A stretch of DNA of 49,194 nt, from positions 1 through 49,194 of the forward strand of contig CAYVKW010000003.1 of NCBI GenBank assembly GCA_964452285.1. Reading direction: 5' to 3'. Below, piece by piece: positions 24,283 through 34,700 of this stretch (within the stretch, counting starts at the first letter, position 1; every line of letters begins with the position of its first letter). This DNA comes from an uncultured Pseudomonadales bacterium (GTDB taxonomy: Bacteria; Patescibacteriota; Microgenomatia; UBA1400; PJMF01). Made by a program: the position numbers and the translations under genes. Under the pieces are notes generated by a model. That model worked only from the letters and a program-made list of their open reading frames with translations. It was not told where the DNA came from and ran no database searches.

Positions 24283-26127
24283 ATGTTTGCTCAAATCAGA
24301 AAGCCCTCATTCTCGGTTTCTCTCCGCCAGCTTCCTCTTATCACCTTAATTATTGGTCTCTTGACACTCTTTCTTTCCCCTTCGTTTTTTCATCAAACCT
24401 CAGCCAACTTGGCTTTCCTCATCTCTTTTTTTATCGGCATTCTTATTTGCTTGTATTTTTTATATTTCGCTTTCAAAAGCCAGTCTATCCCTTTTACTTC
24501 TTCCAAGCTTTTTTGGCCTCTCATTTTACTAGGAGCCAGTTTCTTTTTTGTTTCCTTGACCAAAACTTCTTCTCCTTCATTATTTTTACTCAATCTCGGC
24601 GGTCTTTTTATCAATTTTGCTCTTTTAAGTTTGCTCTCAGCCACTTTAGTCAAAAATCACAATGGGCTTTTCATTGTTAAACTTGCCCTCATTCTTGCTA
24701 GCTTATCTTCTCTTATTATGATTAGCTATGCTTTTTCTCTTTATTATAATTTTTCTTCTGCCTTCAGCCAATTTATCAATGTTGATCCTCTTTTACATTT
24801 CAGTTTTATTACCCTCGGTTTTGTCAGCCTCTTTTCTCTTTTTTTTAAAAAAGGCCGTTTCCAGCCAAAAAGATACTCTCTTTTGCCTTTGTTTGTTCTT
24901 GGTATCACTGCTATTACTTTCATTAGTGCCTCACCTAATTATTCCAGTTCCGTTATTTCTTTCTCATCTACTCTTGACGCTCTCTACCAAAGTCTATTCC
25001 AAAATCAGCATTTTCACCTTCAATCATTTCTTACTGGTCAACCGCATCTTTCTTTCGCCGACTTTTATTACAATTTTTCTTCCCATGCTTTAAATTCTTG
25101 GTCTGATCAATCTCTTTCCGCTTTCAATACTCCCTTAGCCATTTTCTCTCTCTTTGGTATTTTTCCTCTTCTTGCTTGGCTCGGCCTTTTTATCAGCACT
25201 TTCATCTGCACTTTTTCTCAACGTACCAAGGAGAATAATTATCTTTTTCTTATTCTTTTGGTTAGCTTTATTATTCAATGCTTTACTCCTCCTTATCCCA
25301 GCATTCTGTTTTTTCAGGCACTAATTATTGCTTTTGCCGTCAATAAAAAAGTCAGCCATCATTGCTCTTTCTCTTTTATTAAAAATTCATTTTCTCGACG
25401 ACTTTTCTTTAGTGCCTTTCTCTTTTTTTTAAGCTTACCTTTAATTTGGTGGAGTTGGCGCTACCTCAGTACTTCCATTAGTTATTTTACCCTAGAAAAA
25501 ACTCTTGCTCAGTCAAATTTAGATTTAGATCGCTTTTATTCCCAATCTTTACGTGCCCAAAAGCTCGCTCCCTTTAATGACGAATTTAATCGTTTCGCCG
25601 CTATCGCCAGCCTTGAAAAAATGGTGTCTCAAATCAATGATTACTCTCAAAATTCAGATTTATCTCAAGCTCGAATTCTTGCACAGCAAAGTCTTTCTTT
25701 TATTGATCAGGCTGTTTCTCTTAATCCCTATCGCGCCGTCAATTATAGTACTCAAGGCGACATTTACTCTGAATTAGTCCAGTACAACGCCGACAGCACT
25801 GTTCTTAACGATCGTGCTCTTGCTGCATACACTGCTGCCATTTTTTACCAACCCTACAATCCAAATTTATACCTTCAATTGGCTTCTTTTTATCAGTCCA
25901 ATCAACAAATTGACCTTGCCCTCAGCCTTACTCAACAAGCCCTTAAACTAGCATCAAATTATTTACCAACTTTATATCAATTGGCGCAAATTTATCAATC
26001 TAATGATCAAAAAGATTTTGCCATCGCTACTTATCAGCAGATTCTTCCTCTTCTAGACAGAAATAGTCCAAATTATCAAAATAATCTTACTCTTATTAAC
26101 TATCAACTCCAACAGCTAGACAATTAG
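24283..26127 (+). CDS. Polytopic membrane protein with C-terminal TPR repeats (O-antigen ligase/polymerase-like architecture)
   Basis: About 400 aa of F/L/S-rich TM helices. These are followed by TPR-like repeats (...AYTAAIFYQPYNPNLYLQLASFYQSNQQIDLALSLTQQALKLASNYLPTLYQLAQIYQSNDQKDFAIATYQQIL...). Confidence 0.6.
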   Translation: MFAQIRKPSFSVSLRQLPLITLIIGLLTLFLSPSFFHQTSANLAFLISFFIGILICLYFLYFAFKSQSIPFTSSKLFWPLILLGASFFFVSLTKTSSPSLFLLNLGGLFINFALLSLLSATLVKNHNGLFIVKLALILASLSSLIMISYAFSLYYNFSSAFSQFINVDPLLHFSFITLGFVSLFSLFFKKGRFQPKRYSLLPLFVLGITAITFISASPNYSSSVISFSSTLDALYQSLFQNQHFHLQSFLTGQPHLSFADFYYNFSSHALNSWSDQSLSAFNTPLAIFSLFGIFPLLAWLGLFISTFICTFSQRTKENNYLFLILLVSFIIQCFTPPYPSILFFQALIIAFAVNKKVSHHCSFSFIKNSFSRRLFFSAFLFFLSLPLIWWSWRYLSTSISYFTLEKTLAQSNLDLDRFYSQSLRAQKLAPFNDEFNRFAAIASLEKMVSQINDYSQNSDLSQARILAQQSLSFIDQAVSLNPYRAVNYSTQGDIYSELVQYNADSTVLNDRALAAYTAAIFYQPYNPNLYLQLASFYQSNQQIDLALSLTQQALKLASNYLPTLYQLAQIYQSNDQKDFAIATYQQILPLLDRNSPNYQNNLTLINYQLQQLDN

Positions 26128-26141
26128 CAGGCTAACCTTTT

Positions 26142-27386
26142 TTATTCTTTCAATAAAGACCACATCTGCTCCTGTAATGTCTCCAAGTTCTCTCCTGTCA
26201 CTGTACTAGTAAACAACATTTTCTCTCCTTCTTGAGTAAATTTATTCTCTATTGCTGCTCGCAGAACTTCTTCATACAAGTCTGCTTTATTTACCACTAT
26301 CAAAGCTTTCTTGTTTTTCAATTTTTCTTTATAATTTGACAATTCTTGCTTTACCTTTATGTATTGCTGCCACAATCGCTCTGCTTTTGTCATTTCACTC
26401 ACTTCGTTAGTAAAAATCTCTTCTTCAGATAAACTTAAAACAAACACTAAAACCGCTGAATTTTGGACGTGACGCAGAAACTGAAAACCTAAACCCTTAT
26501 TTTCACTAGCTCCTTCCACTAATCCAGGAATATCAGCAATTACCAAACTTCTGTCTGGACTTAACTTCATCACTCCCAAATTTGGCTCCAAAGTTGTAAA
26601 AGGGTAATTTGCTATTTTCGGTTGAGCTTTTGTTAATCTGGACAAAAGCGAACTTTTCCCTTTATTTGGTTCGCCCACTAAGCCCACATTTGCCAACAAT
26701 CGTAATTCAAAAAAAATCATTTTTTGCTCACCAAATGATCCTCTCTCTGCTTCCATTGGCGTCGTATTCGCCGGTCCCTTAAAAGCCGTATTTCCTCGAC
26801 CACCAAAACCTCCCTGCGCTAACAACACTTCCTCTCCATCGTCTTTTAATTCTGTCAACTTGAGCAAATGTCCTGTTTCTAGAGGCAAATATTCTCCATC
26901 TGGCATTTCTACTTGTTTTTGCAAATAATCCATGAAATTAGGTCTCCAAGTTGAGTCAATTTCGTCTGGATCAATTTCTATTGGGGCTTGAGTCTCTCTT
27001 TCCACATAATATTTTTGCAATTCCGCTTCTTCTCTTGTTAGAGCTCGCTCCAAACCGTGCCTTTCTCTGCGCCGCGCCGACACTTCATTCTCGCTCGCCA
27101 GCCACACTGCCGTTCCCAGCGGCACTTTTAAGACAATATTTTCGCCCTTTTTCCCCTCTTTATTATTTTTCCCTCCCAACTCTCCCTCTTCTGCTATAAA
27201 TTTTTTTACTCCAGAGTAATTTTGCAAAGTATTTAAACCAGCATCCGCTTTTACTACAATGCTGCCACCATCTCCACCTTTTCCCCCAAAAGGACCACCC
27301 TTTAAAACATGTTTATTACGGAAAAAAGCTACCCTGCCATTTCCACCGTCTCCAGCTTTTAAATATAATCTTACCAAATCTAACAT
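26142..27386 (-). CDS. obg: GTPase Obg/CgtA with a ~70-aa insertion in the Obg-fold domain
   Basis: Gly-rich Obg fold (KAGDGGNGRVAFFRNKHVLKGGPFGGKGGDGGSIVV ... QGGFGGRGN). G1 motif GEPNKGKSSLLS. G2 region YPFTTLEPNLG. G3 motif DIPGL. G4 motif NKAD. Confidence 0.92.
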   Translation of the reverse strand: MLDLVRLYLKAGDGGNGRVAFFRNKHVLKGGPFGGKGGDGGSIVVKADAGLNTLQNYSGVKKFIAEEGELGGKNNKEGKKGENIVLKVPLGTAVWLASENEVSARRRERHGLERALTREEAELQKYYVERETQAPIEIDPDEIDSTWRPNFMDYLQKQVEMPDGEYLPLETGHLLKLTELKDDGEEVLLAQGGFGGRGNTAFKGPANTTPMEAERGSFGEQKMIFFELRLLANVGLVGEPNKGKSSLLSRLTKAQPKIANYPFTTLEPNLGVMKLSPDRSLVIADIPGLVEGASENKGLGFQFLRHVQNSAVLVFVLSLSEEEIFTNEVSEMTKAERLWQQYIKVKQELSNYKEKLKNKKALIVVNKADLYEEVLRAAIENKFTQEGEKMLFTSTVTGENLETLQEQMWSLLKE

Positions 27387-27400
27387 AATTTTCCTTATCT

Positions 27401-28519
27401 TTATTTCAAATAATCAAAAGGATTAAGTAACACGCTGTCTTGACGAATCTCAAAGTGTAAATGTCTGCCTGTTGACCGTCCCGTGCTCCCCATTATCCCT
27501 AAAACATCTCCTTTATTTACCGTTTGACCAGCCACTACTTGCAACACTTCCATGTGTGCATATAGAGTCTTTGTTCCATTGCCGTGGTCCAACATTACCC
27601 TATTTCCGTAGCCAGAATTATCCCAGCCAGAAGCAATTACTGTACCACTATCTGCTGCCAAAATCGCTCCACTTCCAGCAATGTCGATTGCTTTATGATA
27701 AAAACTATAGCCTTGAGAAATTACACCTGAAGCTGGCCAGACAAAACCGCCTGTTGCGCTCACTGTTCCAGCGTTCGGCGTTAATTTGGACGCATAAGTT
27801 GCCGTTGGCGCCGCTTGCTTTTTCACTCCTCCAGGAATCATTAGGTATTGTCCCACTGCCAATTCAAAAGTTTCATTGTTCACAAAATCATTAAACGGAA
27901 AATCGACAATTGCCTGCACTTGAGCATCTTTCAAGCCATATTTACTACCAATGCTCGTTACTGTTTCTCCCTTAGCTACCTTATGACGAATTCCATCTAT
28001 CGGCAAAATTCTCAATTCTTGCCCCTCTTTTAATGTTGCTTTTGCCGTCAAGTTGTTTTCCCACATGATTGTTTCTTTTTGCAAACCATATTGCTCCGCC
28101 ACGCTTTCCAATGTTTCTCCTTCTTTTACAATATGAATGGTTACTTCTCCTCCACGCAATTGCCGCACTTCTTCTGCCTGCATAGTATAAAAGCTCACCT
28201 CTTCAGCACTTGCTACTCCTAAAACGTTTTTATTAGCGCCTCCGCTCTCATTTTGAGTTTGATTAAAGATCGTCGGCGCCACCGTCACCACCACAAAAAT
28301 CATTCCCACTGTTCCTAAATGCAAAATCGGTTTAGAATACTTGCCTCTCTGTCTATATAGACCGTTTACAATCACGTTTTTGCCTTTTTCAAAATAAGAA
28401 AAAGGCGCATAAATTCTATTTTTCAAGTAACGATACCAAAAATTAACATAACCATCAAAATCAACCAGTAATTCTGGCTTTTCCCACTTTTTCTTTCTTT
28501 TCCATTTATTTTGCATCAC
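27401..28519 (-). CDS. Membrane-anchored LysM-domain M23 (LytM-type) peptidoglycan endopeptidase
   Basis: Two LysM repeats (HIVKEGETLESVAEQYG..., HKVAKGETVTSIGSKYG...). M23 motifs HKAIDIAG, GYGNRVMLDHGNGTKTLYAHM and GSTGRSTGRHLHFEI. Confidence 0.9.
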   Translation of the reverse strand: MMQNKWKRKKKWEKPELLVDFDGYVNFWYRYLKNRIYAPFSYFEKGKNVIVNGLYRQRGKYSKPILHLGTVGMIFVVVTVAPTIFNQTQNESGGANKNVLGVASAEEVSFYTMQAEEVRQLRGGEVTIHIVKEGETLESVAEQYGLQKETIMWENNLTAKATLKEGQELRILPIDGIRHKVAKGETVTSIGSKYGLKDAQVQAIVDFPFNDFVNNETFELAVGQYLMIPGGVKKQAAPTATYASKLTPNAGTVSATGGFVWPASGVISQGYSFYHKAIDIAGSGAILAADSGTVIASGWDNSGYGNRVMLDHGNGTKTLYAHMEVLQVVAGQTVNKGDVLGIMGSTGRSTGRHLHFEIRQDSVLLNPFDYLK

Positions 28520-28551
28520 TTTTTTATTATAACAGTAAAATCAATTTTTAT

Positions 28552-30120
28552 TTATTTCCGCAAACATTGCAAGAATTCTTTATTATTTTTTGTTCTTTTC
28601 ATTTGCTCAATTAAAGTAGTTGTTCTCTCATCTTTATCAAAAGTATCCAACATTCTTTGTAAGGTCAGCACTGCTTGATAAGTCACCGGATCAATCAATA
28701 AATCATCCCTTCTCGTTCCAGACTTTTGCACTTCAATCGCCGGATAGATTCTTCTCTCCGCCAATCTTCTGTCCAAATGAATTTCTTGATTGCCAGTACC
28801 TTTAAATTCTTCATAAACCAAATCGTCCATTCTCGAACCAGTATCTACTAGAGCTGTCCCAATAATCGTCAGCGATCCTCCAATTTCAAAATTGCGTGCC
28901 GCCCCAAAAAATCTTTTTGGCGGGAATAAAGCCGCTGGATCAAATCCTCCAGACAAAGTTCTCCCAGAAGTTGGAATAGATAAATTGTAGGCTCGAGCCA
29001 ATCTTGTAATTGAGTCCAGCAAAATTACCACATCTGCTCCTCCTTCCACCAAACGCTTTGCCCTTTCCAAGGCCAATTCTGCCACCTTACATTGTACATC
29101 CGCCGCTTCATCAAAATTACTTGCTGCCACCTCTCCCTTACCTTGAGTAATTTTTTCCACATGACGCCGCATATCAGTCACTTCTTCTGGTCTTTCACCA
29201 ATTAAAACAGCCATTAAATGAATATCTGGATAATTTGCCGCTACTCCAGTGCTGATTTCCTTAAGAAATGTCGTCTTCCCAGCTTTTGGCGGCGACACAA
29301 TCAAACTTCTTTGCCCTCTCCCTATCGGAGCAATTAAGTCCACAATTCTTGTCGACAATGGTTCTTTACCCGTTTCCAATTTGATTTGCTCATCAGGATA
29401 TACTGGAGTTAAACTCTTAAATTTTATTCTTTCTTGAGTCATAAATTCCGTCGCCTCCACCCCGTTCACCTTCTCAATAGTCGCCAAAGCCCAATATCTA
29501 TCGCTCTCTTTTCCTTCCCGCGCCACACCCTCAATGATATCTCCTTCACGCAATTTATACTTTCGAATCAAATTTGCAGGCACAAATACATCGTTTTCGT
29601 CTTCTGCATAATGAATTCTTGCAATTCCCATATTTTCTCGCAAAAGCTCCAAAATTCCTCTCATCGGTCGTGTCTTTTTTTCTATAAGAGGTTTACTGTG
29701 CTCAAAATTTCTCTGTATTATCGACGGTCGATTAAACCTAGATATCGGTGCATTTACTACTCCACGAGTAATTTTTGTCACCACTGGCGGTGCAGAAATT
29801 TGACTTTGCACTAATTGAGGCGCGACTTTAGGTTCAGTCCTTGCTTTTAACTTATCTATTAGAGAATCATCTGGACGAGTCGTCTCTTTTGCTTGTTGAC
29901 CTTCTATGTCTTTCTCGCTCAGTTTCGTTTTTTCCGACACTTCAACAGGTTTTATTTCTATCTGGATATCGCTTTTATCAGTTTCTTTCTCTTTTAGAAT
30001 CTCAAGCTGAGTCACCGATTTAGGCTTTGGTTCATCAATCGCCTTTTCCTTTTCTGTGCTCTGCAGTATTTCTTCTTTTTGTACTTCTTCCACTTTTTCT
30101 TCCTGAACTTGATCAGTCAT
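28552..30120 (-). CDS. rho: Transcription termination factor Rho with a ~150-aa K/E-rich N-terminal extension
   Basis: Walker A LIVSPPKAGKTTFLKEI, Walker B VVILLDSITRLARAYN, and the RNA-binding OB region. SD-like GAAGGGA upstream. Confidence 0.94.
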   Translation of the reverse strand: MTDQVQEEKVEEVQKEEILQSTEKEKAIDEPKPKSVTQLEILKEKETDKSDIQIEIKPVEVSEKTKLSEKDIEGQQAKETTRPDDSLIDKLKARTEPKVAPQLVQSQISAPPVVTKITRGVVNAPISRFNRPSIIQRNFEHSKPLIEKKTRPMRGILELLRENMGIARIHYAEDENDVFVPANLIRKYKLREGDIIEGVAREGKESDRYWALATIEKVNGVEATEFMTQERIKFKSLTPVYPDEQIKLETGKEPLSTRIVDLIAPIGRGQRSLIVSPPKAGKTTFLKEISTGVAANYPDIHLMAVLIGERPEEVTDMRRHVEKITQGKGEVAASNFDEAADVQCKVAELALERAKRLVEGGADVVILLDSITRLARAYNLSIPTSGRTLSGGFDPAALFPPKRFFGAARNFEIGGSLTIIGTALVDTGSRMDDLVYEEFKGTGNQEIHLDRRLAERRIYPAIEVQKSGTRRDDLLIDPVTYQAVLTLQRMLDTFDKDERTTTLIEQMKRTKNNKEFLQCLRK

Positions 30121-30307
30121 AATTCATCCCTTCTTCAAATTAATCATCAATTTTTACAATTTTTGGCAAAATACTTTTTTAATACCAACTATCTACTTAC
30201 TTAAATTACATCAACTTTCGGAAATAAACTTGGTCAACCAGACCAATAATAACCTATTATAGCAATTTTGATCAAAATGTCAATACAGACCCATATTAAT
30301 TTTAGAC

Positions 30308-31144
30308 TTATTCTTCTACCAAATCAGCATAAACAAATAATCTCAGCTCGCTATCCCACCAAAAAACACAAGTGTACAAAACCAAATCAGCAGAATTATC
30401 TTGTATTCTTGTATTTTTACTTATAGCTTTTACTTTGTAAGTCCATTGTTTTTGGTTGTCAGTCACAGTAATTATATCTCCTATTTGCACTTCATCCAAT
30501 TTTTGAAAAGACTGTTCTTTTTGCTTTATCGAGGTCCACATATTATAGTGATGTCCTGCAATAATTGCCATTTTTTCTGGATTACCATATTCAGAAAAGC
30601 CTGGATAAACATAAACTCCTTTTTCGAGCAATTTATCTACCTCCTTTGTTTCTTCAATATTGGTATTCGTTAATATTTCTGTCTTAATTCCCACTGACTT
30701 AATTTCTAACCACTGTCCTGCCGGGAAATTTAAGTCATACTTTGGCTTCACTTCCATCGTTGATTCTATATTAATTCTCTCTGGCAATTGTTTTAATATT
30801 ATTTGCTCCATTTGCTCATTAGTTAGCTCTTGAGTTAATTCTTCTGCTTTAATAAATTGATTCTCTATCTGCGGAAACACTTTCATTATTCCCTCTGGTA
30901 AAAAGTAAAAAGCCAAAACTAAAACCGCCAACACAATACTACTATTCAAGCTTGTTCTCAGTAATTTTTCTTTCCACGATTTTTTAATCACTATCTCATC
31001 ATAATCAAACAAAGCAGCATTAAAAAACCGACTTCGCACCTTTACGAAGCTCTCACTTAATACCTGATTAGTAACTATTTTTTTCCAATTTTCTTCCATC
31101 ACACTTTTTATTTTTATTCTAGCACTCGCAATCAAGAAAGTCAA
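30308..31144 (-). CDS. Sortase-family transpeptidase
   Basis: TM anchor. Catalytic triad context MAIIAGHH ... DLVLYTCV ... LRLFVYA (His / TLxTC-like Cys / Arg). A possible alternative start lies at 31099 (MEENWKK). Confidence 0.75.
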   Translation of the reverse strand: MTFLIASARIKIKSVMEENWKKIVTNQVLSESFVKVRSRFFNAALFDYDEIVIKKSWKEKLLRTSLNSSIVLAVLVLAFYFLPEGIMKVFPQIENQFIKAEELTQELTNEQMEQIILKQLPERINIESTMEVKPKYDLNFPAGQWLEIKSVGIKTEILTNTNIEETKEVDKLLEKGVYVYPGFSEYGNPEKMAIIAGHHYNMWTSIKQKEQSFQKLDEVQIGDIITVTDNQKQWTYKVKAISKNTRIQDNSADLVLYTCVFWWDSELRLFVYADLVEE

Positions 31145-31344
31145 TTAATTATAGGCCTTAGGCAATTTATTTTTAGTTCCATTTTTGGTTTTGCTTTTCA
31201 AATTTGGTAAAAGTGAGTCTTTTAAGAGCGATTTGTGCCATTAAGCGAGGGTTTACAAATCAAAAAAAAGATTTATGATATGGACATCGTTGAACGTAGT
31301 TCCAATTTTTTGCTTGAACTCGCTCTCGAATAAGAAAAAGCATT

Positions 31345-31392
31345 ATTATACGTGGTCTGTCCAGCGATAATAATGCTTTTTTCATCAATTCC
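31345..31392 (+). terminator. Strong orphan (bidirectional-type) intrinsic terminator hairpin in a divergent intergenic region
   Basis: aaaaagcattattat (31345-31359), a 17-nt loop, ataataatgcttttt (31377-31391), then one more T. The 15-bp arms are perfectly complementary. The A-run before and T-run after give terminator geometry on both strands. No annotated gene reads into it from either side. Confidence 0.65.
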
Positions 31393-31740
31393 TTCAGAAT
31401 TATTTTAAATCAGTCGCCTTTATGGCGCTGTTTCTTTTGTTTCTGTTACACATTTTTCATATTTTCCTTTTTCGTTTTTTGTTAATCTCTTATTTTCAAC
31501 AACTTTTATTAGTTTTACACTTTCTGTTTTTCCCGCTTTATTTTTTCACTTTTCCAATTCATTAGTCAAGCGAAAGTGTTTAAAAGATTGTTATAGGATT
31601 GCCAATATTTATACTCGTATTAGTTATAGGACAAATTATTTTTAATTCAAACTTATAAGCGATACCTAGGCGTTTTTTTTCTTCTCTGCTCAATTTTAAA
31701 TAAAAATTGATTTATCCATATTAACTTTTTTATTTTTCTC

Positions 31741-31770
31741 TTGACATTCATCATTTATTTATAGTAAAAT
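31741..31770 (+). promoter_or_regulatory. Sigma-70-type promoter of the 31783-37457 module
   Basis: TTGACA at 31741-31746, an 18-nt spacer, then TAAAAT at 31765-31770, 12 nt before the ATG at 31783. Confidence 0.5.
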
Positions 31771-31782
31771 GACTATAAATTT

Positions 31783-34700
31783 ATGGCAAAAAGACTCTCC
31801 GAGCCAACGGTTTCGGATTTATTATTGAACAAAAAAAACGCCCCCTCTTGTCGTGCCAAAAAAGATCACTTTCTCCTCAATCAGATTCTCAACTCTGCCG
31901 CTAAAAAAGAATCTTTGCCTCTCACCACTCATCAATCAACTCGTTCTTCTGTCTTTTCTCCTCGTTCTTTAGGTGATTTATCGCACTTTTTTTCTTCTCA
32001 CAAAAAAAATCCTTCCACATCTTCGAATCCGGCCTTTTCTCCCCGTTCGCTCGGCAATTTAATCGACGTTTTAGATCCTCACCGTTCCTCCGTCCCATCT
32101 CCAAAACAATCAACTTTCCACCCTCGTTCTCTTGGAGATCTTTCTCACTTTACTTCTTCAAATCAAGAGCCTCTTTCTGATTCTTGTCAAAAGCAATCGC
32201 CTTCAGACTTTCATCAACAACTTTTCCAGTCTCATCCAAACTCAGCCTTAACAGATTCATCTTTCCCTTCGTCTTCATCTTCTAACGCTTCAAGCTCTAG
32301 CCAGCAATTGCCATTATTTAAAAATCTCTCCTTTATTGTTTTAGGCGTTTTCGGACTTGGTGCCATTATTTTTCTTGGCCAACAATTAATTGACCAAGCT
32401 CAATTCAACTTTGCTGCTCAAGATAGTCTAGATACAACAAATTCCAATTCTCCTCTCTCACCTCGTCATATTCTTACTTTTCAAGGTCGTTTAAGCGATC
32501 TTGACCAAGCCTCAGTTACTCAAACCCTTTCTATGAATTTCTCTTTTTATAATACTAGCGGCGGCAATACTCCACCACCAATCGGCGGCAATGAACTCTG
32601 GCAAAGTTCTACTTGTTCCATCACCCCCAATGAGCAAGGTGTTTTTTCAGTTAATCTTGGCGCGGGCAACGGTGATGGCAGTGACAATCAAGATTGCGGT
32701 CGCGATTTAGGTAATATTTTTGCCGAAAATAGCAGTGTTTGGCTTCAAATTACTGTAGAAGACGAAGTTCTTTTCCCCCGTCAATTAATTAAAAGCGTTC
32801 CCTACGCCCTTAATAGCGCCACCCTTCAAGGCTTTAGCGCCAGCCAAAGTGCTACTGCCAATACTGTCCCAGTAGTAGACAACTTCGGCAATCTCAATTT
32901 TAATACTAATAGTACTAATTTCACCAATTTTGGCTCACTCGGTTTGATTTCGCAAGCCGGCGACATTTTGCTCGCTCCTGGGTCTGGACACGTTTATATC
33001 GGCAATCAAAACCACGCTGCTTCTCTCTCTGTTAATGGCGACGCCACTATCTCCGGCTCTCTCGTCTTGAAAAACGATGATTATCAAGCACAACTAACTC
33101 TCGAAGACAATAATCAATTGGTTTTCAAAACCAAAGCTGGTCAGGGACTTTGGCAAAATCAACTTGTTTTTAGTCAACAAAACTCTAGCGGGACTGCTCA
33201 AACTCTCTCTCTCAACCAAGGTAGTTTCAATTTCAATCTCACCGATGGCCCCAGCGTCACCAATATGACTGTTTCCGAATATGGCACTGACAATCCCGGA
33301 CTTTCTAGAATTTCTGCTCCCAAAAAACCGCTCGTTATTAATGTCTTATCTCAAGAAGAAGGAAATTTAAACGCCGCTACTTATAAGTACGCTTATTCAT
33401 TTATTACCGCCAACGGCAAAGAGGGTCCATTAAGCACTTCTTCTTCCTTTACTAGTCAGCTCAGTCAAAAGCAATTTTTAATCACTGACATCGACATTTA
33501 TCCCCAGTCAAATATCGTCGCTCGGCGCATTTATCGTACCAAAGCCAATCAAGACACTTTTTATTTAATCCACACTCTCAATGATAATATCAGCACTAGT
33601 TTTGTTGACAACATTGACGATGACGATTTATATCTAGCCGCTTCTAATCAAAATAATTCCACTGGTACTTATCAATACAAAGTTTCTTTTATTCGCCAAA
33701 CCAGCGAAACCAATCCTTCTCTCGGTAGTAGCAATATTGTTTTATCAGGTGATAATCGTCGTCTTTTACTTGAACACATTCCTTTATCTTCAGCCAAAGA
33801 TGTTATGGCTCGCAAAATTTATCGCACCTTGGCGGGCGGACAAGACTTTTATTTGCTCGCCACTCTTTCAGATAATTCTACCACTTCTTACACTGACACT
33901 ACTCCAGACAGCGCTTTAGTACAAAATGACCCCATGCCTTTAAGTGGCGGCATTCTTGTCAACAACAACTTAGCTCTTCAGTTCAATCAAGATGGTTCCA
34001 TTATTAGTAACAATGATTTTGTTTCCAATGGCCGTTTAGAAACTTCTCATGGCGATTATCAAGGTTTACAGCTGCCTACCTCCCTTGGAACACCTTCTCC
34101 GGCACTTGGTCAAAAAATTGGCGACCTAGTCTACGATAGTCTCAATCAACTCCTTTACGTTTTTAATGGCTCAAAGTTTATTACTCTCAACCAAAATGCT
34201 TCATCTTCTAATACAGAAGATAACTATTGTCACAACAGTGTTTGTCGCTTTACCCTCGATCCAGAATATCCAAGCGCCGTTATTACCGGAGAAGGAGAGA
34301 ATAATCTTGGCACTATTTCCAGCGGTTACGACATTGTTAATAATCAATATCGCTTCAATTATTACCAATGGTATTCTAGCCAAACTACTAAACTAGACAA
34401 TTTATCTACCAACATTAATCTTACCCTTCCTTACAATTTTTCATCTTGGCAGGAACAAGCTATTACTCTTGACTTTCTTACCAGCTCAGCTTCTATTACT
34501 GACAATGCTCTTGATTTTTATATTTCCAAAAATGGTAGCGATAATATAATTAGCAAAATCGATCAAATTGGCAATCAAGTTAATCAGTGGTCAAGCGCCG
34601 CTCTCGGCACTCAGCCTCTGATTATTTCCGCTTCCGATCTTAGTAGTCTCAATGTTCAAGCTGGAGACACTCTCAATTTGCGCCTTGTCGCCAAAAGCAA

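Noticed and set aside
31275-31370. 31-codon ORF in the 31145-31782 gap as a confident protein gene
   Set aside because: It is too short, has no SD or conservation evidence, and its stop lies inside the terminator hairpin. I kept it only as an alternative reading of the candidate small transcript.
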